Position numbers and translations under genes: made by a program. From Octopus vulgaris (taxonomy: Eukaryota), in contig OX597815.1 of the NCBI GenBank assembly GCA_951406725.2, positions 197,780,001-197,844,000 on the forward strand: a stretch of 64,000 nucleotides of DNA. The letters are read 5' to 3'. Below, one piece after another: positions 54,285 through 64,000 of the stretch (the first letter of the stretch is position 1; each line of letters starts with the position of its first letter). The notes beneath the pieces were generated by a model, which worked only from the letters and a program-made list of their open reading frames with translations, made no database searches and had not been told where the DNA came from.

Positions 54285-56109
54285 CACTTAACACAAATGA
54301 GATTGAAAGTGCTGTTACGGTAGCATTTTACACGTGTATTCATAGATTACAACATAATATATACATCCACCACCTTAAAATAAAATTTTAAGTAGGTATG
54401 AAATTTAAGATAACACCTTGTTCATGACAGATGCAACAACCATATTGGGATAATACACACGTCAGTTATTTTTTAGATGCTCTATGAATCATATCGATGT
54501 GAGTATGAATGTAGAATTTTCGCAATGTTTCCTAATTCCAAACGGAAAGCAGTTCTACTTTATTCAAAATATATAACCTAAAATGCTTGGTGAAATTCGA
54601 CAATATCAGTAGATATAAAAAATATCAGCAGAATATTAAAGGCTGAATTTCAATTCGTAAACATAATTCAAAATATAATTTGTTACAAACATTCCTTCAC
54701 AGTAAATATATTTCGAATTAGGGACATAGGTGACAGTTATTAAAAAGGGCTTCGTGTTAATTAAATGAAGCATGAGACTAAGTCGAAAAGAAGGAGCTAA
54801 GTGCGGGAAGTAGTCTCTTGTAACATTTAGTATCATAATTTAGCAAGGAGATTGTTTTTAACTGTTTTGTTTTCACTGTTGGTTGGAAAGAAAGCAACGT
54901 CGATTACTTCGATTTGGGCCAATATATAAAATGGTATAAGAATTAATTCCAACGTGTCCTTTTTGCTCAGACTAGATTTATTATCAGTGTTTCATGAAGG
55001 GTAAACTACATTAAAATGTAATAACGAAGCTGATTGAAAAAATGCGCACACCTTTGTTACAATATTGCCTCACACGTGCGCTCTCTCACTCTCCCTCTTT
55101 CTCTGTCACTTTGTATACGTACATACATACATACATACATACATACATAGATCAATACATGTGTGTGCATCCACAAGCGCACGTGTGTGTTTGTGCTTGT
55201 GTGTGCGCGTATGTGTATGTGAGTGTGTGTGTGTGTCACTGTTTCAGATAGGTAGGTTTCATTTAGATTGTATGGAAATCACTCGAGAAACTCACGTTGA
55301 CTGAATTAGGATGTTAAAAATTATACACTTTTCTGTATCCGAATGGTAATCCCCGCTCTAAAAACTGCAATGCTTGATGCACGTCATATGATCCGGAACT
55401 GATAAAAATCATTTTGCAAAACCAAGCCACTCAAGTAGAAATGGATGTACTCTTGATGATTAGATCAGTACGCTTTCATATCACGTATATAATAATTGAC
55501 GTAGTGCGTAGTATCTTACTAGACAACCAGTGGCGTGTAAAGTTCAATCGTTTGTGAATATCTTCAATACTCTTAGGACATATTTAACGATGTAATGAAA
55601 TGGTACGCAAACATGAAAATTTCTTTTTCACAAGTTGCAGAGTAACATTTAAGCATGCACACAAAGGTAACTAAACAGGACATAAAAAACAAAATATATG
55701 TTGAAATGAGATAACTGTCTTTTTTTAGCAAGGAATACAATTACTTCGCCATCAGTGACAGAGGAGCAAGCGATTATTGTATATTATTGCATTCAATATT
55801 GCATTCAAATACTTAATAAAACCAACAATATTAATTTGAGGTAAAGAGTAAACTGAGTGTTATAAACAACAGCGAGACTGAAGATTAAACATTTTAATTA
55901 AATAATTTTGATGTTAACCCCATGATGTGTGCACAGTAATATCTGTCGTTTGGGTACAACTGCCCCTATGAACGTTGTATATGAATGAAAGTCTAAATTT
56001 CCGTTTGTTTTATCAATAAATCTCTTCTTTCAAATAGTGCTATTCCCCAGAGAAAAATAAATATTTAGCAATGTGTTTATATATTACTGAACTTGCAAAC
56101 AAACACACA

Positions 56110-56334
56110 TATATAAGTATATATAGATATGTATATACATACATATATGTATATATATATATATACATATTTATATATACGTATATATATGTGTTTGAGT
56201 GCAAGATCAATGAAATATCAAACATTAGTAAATATACATGTATATATATATATATTTATATATACATATATGTGTGTGTTTATATATATATATATTTATA
56301 ATTATATATGTATATATATGTGTATATATATATA

Positions 56335-56405
<71 letters not shown>

Positions 56406-56430
56406 CACACACACACATATATATATATAT
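56110..56430. repeat. (TA)n-rich microsatellite region
   Basis: Direct reading. Confidence 0.9.
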
Positions 56431-56660
56431 GTACAACTTACTGCAAACGAGAAAGGTGTCTGCGCACAAAAGAGAAAAATGAAACGGAATTAATCTTCCC
56501 CATCAGGTGTCATGTAGAGATCACTTCTGCTTCGGCACCTTGGAACAGATAAATCTTAGCTAATACTAATTGCATTGCATAAGTAAGTATCCAAAAACAC
56601 ACTTATGTACTACATACGAGATTTAATCATAAGGAATATATATATATATATATATATATA

Positions 56661-57060
56661 GCATCGAGAGTTACACAAATGCCAGAACTGGGCGCCACTG
56701 CATAGTGCCAAGGACTTCAAATTTTCCATCAAGGTGTTGGACAAGATACTGTGATAGCCTGGGCTTCCGAGGCCCACATCTCTTCAATATCCTCCCGAAG
56801 AACCTAAGAGACCTGCATGGGGTTGATGCAGATGTTTTTAAAATGAAACTGGATCTCTTCTTGTCAGGTATCCCAGATGAACCAACTTCCCGACAGGAGG
56901 TGCAGATGAGGGCAGCTGCATCGAACTCTCTCATGCACCAAAAGGCAATTGCTAAAAAGCATTCGTGAAGTAAAATCATGAAGCAACACCAAATGGCGGT
57001 GCCCCAGCATGGCCACAGCTTGTGAGCTGAAACTAGATAAATAAATAAAAAATAGATAAA
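56661..57060 (+). mobile_element. CR1/L2-group LINE 3' end (5'-truncated), intact ORF2 C-terminus and tail
   Basis: IESYTNARTGRHCIVP..DSLGFRGPHLFNILPKNLRDL..FKMKLDLFLSGIPDEP..AASNSL* (stop 56968); 3'UTR stem-loop cagct-tgtg-agctg, then (ATAA)n; 5' side (TA)n. Confidence 0.85.
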
Positions 57061-57279
57061 CAGACACATATATGTGATTGTGGGTTCGAACGAGCGCATC
57101 TTTGTGTGCACGAGCACGTGACTTTGAGGGTTGGATTGAATGCCTTCATTTTTTTAAGGTCAAATAAAGCAACAAAAGTTTTGCCCTTTATGGAAAAGTA
57201 ACGGAAAGAAAATACTATATTGCTTGTCTGGTAATGTGTACTTGCATTTTATAGGAAAACAGCAGTGTGTTACTGATGT

Positions 57280-57430
57280 GAAAAGAGAAAAACGTCTTGA
57301 GACTTGCATCGACATGACTGAGGAAAATGGCCTGGAATGCATGCAGGACATCGAGGCAATGATGATGGACCGAGAAGGGTGGATGGTAGACAATTTAATT
57401 GCGGTCCGCGATGGAACTCGTCTATGCTAA
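57280..57430 (+). mobile_element. RTE-like LINE C-terminal fragment
   Basis: KRLETCIDMTEENGLECMQDIEAMMMDREGW resembles the RTE C-terminal TYID..GL..AM.DR..W pattern. Confidence 0.55.
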
Positions 57431-58174
57431 AAAGATTTGGTTAAAAAGAGACGATGAGCGATGGCTAGCAGTATATTGAGTTCTTCATAACCAGCTGATC
57501 TAGCAAGCGGGGTCTCATATCAGTGAGGGGGGCCGGTTCGCATTAATGCCGCCGAGAGGCAGGCCCCGAAACGGCGCGCATTCCCTCCTGATGACCCCAT
57601 GTACTTGCTAGCTTCCAGTATACGGAGCTTTTAACCGGTAGCACTTGCATGTGCAAGTTGTTTGCAAGACATCTAACTAAGACTCCCGTGTTCTTTATTA
57701 GAAATGAAACGTGAATATTACATGTGAGGGTCCAATGAGGAATTGTAGAAGTCATTTTGCGAAGGATTGGGAATGAATGAATCTAAGAATCCAAGTTGAG
57801 AGAAGTTGTAAGATGTGATAAATGTTTATTAAGAAAAAGATCAAGAGTTATTCTACTAAAAATACAATGATAGTTTGCAAAATGGTCAGACGAACTAGCA
57901 TTAAAAACGGAAGGCATTATGCAGAAACATTAAGGAAGTATTTGGGGAATAGTTCCACTCATCAGCTCCCTTAAATTGGATTGGTTTGCATGCGTGAGAT
58001 AAGAATGTATCATTAACACTCGTGGTATCCACTAACCTCTGAGAACCTGCCATGAAAAAATTTAATTGCAATTAGCCATATATGTTAACAAATATATGTG
58101 TGTCGGTGTGTGTGGTGCGTGTGTGGTGTGTATGTGGTGGGTGGGTGTGGTGTGGTGAGGTATGTGTGAGCGTA

Positions 58175-58310
58175 TGTGTGTGTAAGAAGTTAAATTTGCA
58201 CCCACATGCTTCCGGGTTCAATCGCACTGCGCAGCAACGTCAGCAATTGTCTTCTACTCTAGTCTTGGGCCGACGAAATGCTTTTGAGTCGATACAGTAG
58301 ACAACAACTA
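58175..58310 (+). mobile_element. SINE family A 5' fragment, degenerate
   Basis: gtaagaagt..ccacatgcttccgggttcaatcgcactgcg..gtcttctactctagtcttgggccgac. Confidence 0.65.
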
Positions 58311-58340
58311 TCGTGGGAATATATATATATATATATATAT

Positions 58341-58570
58341 ATTTCTTTACTACCCACAAAGGGCTAAACACAGAGGGGACAAACAAGGACAGACAAACGG
58401 ATTATCTCGATTACATCGATCCCAGTGCGTAACTGGTACTTAATTTATCGACCCCGAAAGGATGAAAGGCAAAGTCGACCTCGGCGGAATTTGAACTCAG
58501 AACGTAGCGGCAGACGAAATACGGCTACGCATTTCGCCCGGCGTGCTAACGTTTCTGCCAGCTCGCCGCC

Positions 58571-58571
<1 letters not shown>
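58341..58571 (-). mobile_element. SINE family B, full length, Tx1-like tail, inside (TA)n
   Basis: Closely similar to 28001-28234; TA repeats on both sides. Confidence 0.9.
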
Positions 58572-58620
<49 letters not shown>

Positions 58621-58877
58621 TGTGTGTTTATATGTGTGTACACACATATGCATCTATCATTTTACTTACTTGACTAGTAAATAACATTGGGAGAGATCGT
58701 TTAATAGGAAATGAAATGCCAAAAAAACTTAAGAGAAAAGAATGTTTATAGTAGAGTACCAGAAACACAGAAATAAGAGGGCAAGGATATAAGTGTGTGT
58801 GCTCGGTAATGTCATTTTACAGATAGTAATGTGCTTGAATAATACATACATGCATACATACATACATACATACACAC

Positions 58878-58923
<46 letters not shown>

Positions 58924-60674
58924 CTACCATTCAAAACCTTTTAATCTTTATATATATATATATATATATTGATAGAAATGGTAAGACAAGAAAAGAATCA
59001 AAGAGACCTCGATATTATGTAAATAGAGGAATTTATCTGTAAAAGTAATATGTGACAATTATTCGGTAGCCATGATAAAACCCCGAGTTTCGGATGTCGG
59101 GGTCGAAATCCCAATATATATATATATACATGGGGGTTTCTGTAAGTGTGTCTCCCTCTATCTGCGCAACAATTTCTCTCTTTCTAATCTTGTATTTTCC
59201 TTCTCATATATATTGCTTATGTAGCTTTACCTTTGCGATATATGATGTATGTAATTTACTCCCCACACCCCCCCAAAAAAAACTTTCCCTTATTCACTCC
59301 TCATATTCTCTATTATTTACTAACCATCCAATTACTTCTCTTTTCCTTTCTGTCATAGCAAATTGCAACGCGAATATATGTTGATTATCATCAATATTAT
59401 TACACGCAATAGCAATGAATGTTTTCATTTAAATTATTTTAATCCCAACATATTTGTGTTCGCTTTTGTCTATAATATCAATATTGGCTTTCATTAAACC
59501 GATAATTATGTACATATGTCATTGTTATTTGCACCATTAAGGAAATATATATCGTGTCGACAGTGTTTCTTGTACGTAAGGTGTAAATACGTAATAATCC
59601 CGCTGATAATAGCGAAAGGGATGAAAAATATTTTTATAGATCCAATGTAAACCGATGAAAATAATATATGCTTAACTTCTACATGAAAACAATGCATAAG
59701 CTATTGCTGTAGCTACTCCGTTATGGAAATTAAATATTTGTGTTCTTGAAAAAACAATTATGGATATATTTGTATCGTTAATGTGGAAATCTACGATAGA
59801 AAGTATAACAGTTTTTATCTAGTATTTATTTTTATCATACATCGTTGTTTCCTTGGAGTTTTGAAAACTTCCTATTTTATCGTACCATCTCTTGGGAAAT
59901 CTAATTACGTAAGAATATATCAAAGAAATAGCTTAAAGGTAAATTGAAGTTTCAGGTTGATAAAAATAAATACCAGTATAAATGAGTGAACAGAAAAGAT
60001 AATGTAACAGTTATAATTACATGAGATACAGTTTCCAAACCCTTCACGTAATGTTCGTGTTATCGCTTCCTTTTACCGACATATTGTCGCTGAAAATGCT
60101 AGGTTCATATGCGTAGTCACCGTGTCAAATTATATAACCGATATAAAACTTATACACATGTATATACGTTTCAAATTTTAATGATGCACTAATTGGACAC
60201 CAGATGTAGGAACAATTAGCAACGCTGAAAGTATACGCCTGTGCAGGTGCATGCTTGTATATTAACAAAAACTCTTATCAAAATGTATAGCTGTATATGC
60301 TGAAACTACAGCGTAAGCTATTTCACATTACTATTCGACAATAATATATTTTGTCAGTTCTGAATCACTTTTGGTTGGCAATTTTGTCACCGTCTACGCT
60401 CTATATGACTATCAGACGTGGGTAATTGTTCTTAAATGTATAGATGCTCGCGTCACGCTCCGCCGGATTTGCATATATCCGAAAAAGTAAATGCTTTAGG
60501 CGTCTTTACTTATTACCAAACAAAAATATGGATTGAATGGCAGAGAAAGCGGCATTTATTTATATTTGCTTTAGTTTGCGTGTAATGCAGTTTTTCAATA
60601 GCAGTTTTCTTACGTATCACTACAGTGATTCAGAAACACCTAAAACATTTTGTTAAATTATATTCTACATATAT

Positions 60675-61345
60675 ATGATGGCTGCCCCCTCGTTATCGAG
60701 TATGGCCATTGCACGAAGCTTAACTGTTATTGGTGCTGAGATCGAATGTGACTTTTATTGGCTTTTTAAGGCTACAACCAGCTATTCAGTTGAGACTCAG
60801 AGCACTATCAACAATCATGAACAATGTTGCTATCGTGCAATGCCTGTGCAAGAAGATTTTTTTTTTAAAGTGAGGAAAGGCTGTGCACTGAGTCAATCCC
60901 ACTCACTAAGCAATAGCAGCCATAATCCGAAAAGGAGAACAAGTCAGCATCATCGGAAACCACTGAGCCGCAGGTTTTATGTCGGAGTTATTCCAGTTAC
61001 CCGAGTTACCTTCTCCCAGAAGGACACCTTGACAAAGGCTAGGAGTCCTTCACTCCCAATGGTTTAACCGCGCGATCGAGTATTCAGTCCAATTATTTCT
61101 ATGTCCCCGTGCATGATACAGCCTTAAGCCTTAAAAAAAAATACACACTTATTGGATGGCCGTTGACTCTCAAGATTTCCTCCGCCCTTTGACGGGTTTT
61201 GTTTTTCATTCCGCAGGGTGTCCAATAAACACACTCCTCACCAAGTAAGCTTGGTGGGGTTGTCGGTTTAGACGCCGACGGCCAGACCATGCAACAGGTT
61301 GTACTGGGTTACATGTTACCAGTAGCACACGAAAGTGACCTGACA
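60675..61345 (-). mobile_element. Non-autonomous RTE-derived element (5'UTR fused to 3' tail), in (TA)n
   Basis: No ORF. gagttaccttctcc..gacaaaggctaggagtcc resembles RTE 5'UTR sequence, and the minus-strand end caatggccatactcgataacgagggggcagccatcat resembles RTE 3' tails (both recalled, not verified). Confidence 0.5.
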
Positions 61346-61366
61346 TATATACATACATACATACAA

Positions 61367-61479
<113 letters not shown>

Positions 61480-61719
61480 TTTATTATTACATTGACAGAT
61501 ACACATTTGAAACTGGTTTCGTTTCATTGGTCCTTTCGATTAGAGGTTATTTTTATGAAACGATGGTGTACATAAAAAGGATTAAAATCATACTCTGAGT
61601 AGCATTTATTGTTTTGATAATTTTGCAGCTTTAACAATAAAGCATAGTACTCTTTATCCGGTATTCGGTTGCTATTTCTCCCGCCTTGTTTCAAATTTAT
61701 GTGCTTACTCTGTTTTATA

Positions 61720-61720
61720 G

Positions 61721-61794
<74 letters not shown>

Positions 61795-61836
61795 TTATCT
61801 ATCTATCTATCTATCGATCGCTCTATCTATCTATCT
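61720..61836. repeat. (ATCT)n microsatellite, 5' flank of second Tx1 copy
   Basis: Direct reading. Confidence 0.95.
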
Positions 61837-62181
61837 CAAATAAGTAATACAGAGAGTTGCTTATTTGCAAAAAAAAAAAGAAATATAACATGTGACTTCA
61901 TTGACCGAGGTTACCGTGGTCTTTTCCGTAGGCTTTTCTTTCCACGGGTAAACCTCACCTGTCCTCCCCTTTACACTTCATATTGACATTTCTGTGATAA
62001 CGATCCCTATTATTCATTCCCCCCCTTTTTTAACCCCTCCCTTTTTTTGTCCTTTTTCTTTCCTTTTACGATCCCTTTTGATCAAAAACCACCACTCTCT
62101 TTTTTTTACCCCCAAAAGAAAAGCTCTACCTTGTAATTTGTTCTATCTGTGTGCAGCCCTGTGTTGCTAATAAAGAAACAT
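61837..62181 (+). mobile_element. Second copy of the Tx1-like LINE, 3'UTR only
   Basis: Colinear with 7046-7420 (acagagagttgcttatt..ttgaccgagg..ccacgggtaaacctcacctg..aataaagaaacat), followed by atctatctatc. Confidence 0.93.
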
Positions 62182-62997
62182 ATCTATCTATCAATCTATC
62201 TGTAGAAACTGCACTGTCTATGAACGTATCCTGTTGTTTAGAAACCATTCTTAACTCCTACAAGTGAGACACTGCTTTCGTTACAGGGTAACGTTGCGTA
62301 GTGTTTGCAATTATTAGTACGAATGATGTGTTTAATCATATATATGTAATATGAAGCAAGTGTCTCGAACGACACAGTTACCCCTGTTTATCTTTTAATT
62401 CTTATCCTTACATTACCGTCTTGTCATATGCACCTTAAATATATTCTTAAGATTAATTTCTTACAATTGATTATAGACAATATAGATAAAACAGGAAAAA
62501 ATATTTATTAACGTACTTATGGCCGTCATAATGACATTCTGAAATGCGCTGTTATCTATGCATTTCAAATATGAGCATACGCGCATGAAGCACATTATAG
62601 TCATGTTTTATGTGCTAACGAGATTCACGTAACATCCTAATAGCTTGGAGAAAGATTATACCTAGCATACAGAATTAGAATTATGTTACCTGAGACGGAA
62701 TATGCTGCAATGCAAATGCTTTACAAACATGTTTCTATGTATCCATGTTAGGTTTTAGACTACACAAATAACATAACAGTGCATGCACAACATTTGTTCC
62801 CGGACAATTAACGATTGCATAACAATCAGCTTTATAAATGCCTATTGGGGAATATATACACGTCTTAGAGTTTGTTTATCATTCTGTTTTTATGTATGTG
62901 TTCGCATACCAATGACTTGTTTATAGCGATGAAATGTTCATGCTGCACAAACTAAGACAAAAAGACACGCAAACACATAGAATATAACTATACGTAT

Positions 62998-63125
62998 ATC
63001 CGACAGGCTTCTTTTAGTTTCCGTCAACCAAAGCCACTCACAATACTTTGCTCAACCCGAGACGATAGTAAACTGAACACTGAACCATGCGGTTGGGGAA
63101 CAAACTTCTTACTACACGCCTGCGT
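62998..63125 (-). mobile_element. SINE family A 5' fragment with internal deletion
   Basis: cgacaggcttcttttagtttccgtc..ccactcacaa..gaaccatgcggttgggg..cttcttactacac. Confidence 0.7.
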
Positions 63126-63439
63126 TTATAATTAACAAATATATATAATTTGCTAAAATTCTTTTAATATTTGTAACATCATGCCTCTAGTATTTGACTA
63201 ATTTATCTGTAGTCTCTGTTGTTTTAGTCCCATGCAAAGTAATAAATAAACATTTGTATGTCAATTTATATTCCATTTTTTATACTATTTGAGTTAACTA
63301 GAGTAAGCAAATTAATATACATAGCGTAATAAAACTTTACTATAAATAATTGCATATTTCAGCGTATGCGGCAAATGGCGGTACATTTACATCGAGTACT
63401 CAACTTTAAATCTAAAGAAGATTAAATTATATATCCCCT

Positions 63440-63760
63440 TGCAAATATATTTTACATGCAGATTTACCGAGTTCGTCATCTTGGTATTGAAGCCATTGTT
63501 TCGAAACATCTGATATCTCTAGTTTTTCAGAAGTGAAACTCCCCAAAATCCCAAACCGTAATCAATATTAAATCGAATCCACGGATATCATTCTTAATCA
63601 ACGAAAATATTCTTATGTGAATTGCTGAAATGAGTGTCCACGTATATAAATGCCTTGCAATGTGATCAGGTTCCGATCGTTTTCGCATTCGAATTGCCAT
63701 ACAGAATATAAAAAATTTAGCGTGATATATAAGGAAAAAGCCAACAAACATCACATAATT
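63440..63760 (-). mobile_element. Possible mariner transposase N-terminal remnant
   Basis: Weak frameshifted similarity: ILYG..KT, GFDL, QYQDDELGK (cf. GDFDL.D..QT.RELA). Confidence 0.3.
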
Positions 63761-64000
63761 CAGAAAATAATCTTATAAGATATAGGAATGTATTAAAATG
63801 CTATTGCTTTAATATATTGAATCATCTCATAAATATATATTGAATCAGCTCATCCGTAAAAAAAAAACTCTCAACATAATTAGCCTTTCACAAATATTCC
63901 AAAGATATACTAAATTCAGTTTTCGTTGGATGTATGAAACAAAATTCAAAATCTCTTGGTAGAACGTAAGTTTATTGATTGCTCACAAAATAAACTTAAT

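Noticed and set aside
58970-59113. Insert in (TA)n ending in a small hairpin with GAAAC on the minus strand
   Set aside because: Likely a truncated PLE-LTR; the CUGANGA half is missing, so no ribozyme call.
60675-61067. 130-aa plus-strand ORF
   Set aside because: No recognisable domain; lies antisense within a probable RTE-derived repeat.

Overview
AT-rich, microsatellite-dense animal non-coding DNA (intergenic or a very large intron). The SINE families and repeat landscape resemble an octopod cephalopod (Octopus-like); this is inference from recalled repeats, not a database result. No host protein-coding gene is well supported. Almost every ORF in the track is a microsatellite artefact or a transposon remnant. 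Content: (1) a young 5'-truncated Tx1-clade LINE (4500-7420) and a second 3'UTR-only copy (61837-62181), both embedded in (ATCT)n/GATA arrays; (2) three tRNA-derived SINE families; (3) Penelope-like element (PLE) fragments with several type-I hammerhead ribozyme motifs, mostly stacked inside (TA)n; (4) R4/Dong, RTE, CR1/L2-group and I/Nimb-like LINE relics plus a Tc1 transposon. The most interesting signals are an apparently GATA-microsatellite-targeting Tx1 LINE and a SINE that carries its 3' tail (about 39/47 nt identical by hand alignment), which suggests a Tx1-mobilised, microsatellite-homing SINE. Also notable are a second SINE-LINE tail pair with a covarying stem-loop and a 472-bp hammerhead-bearing retrozyme-like unit. 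All alignments and folds were done by eye.
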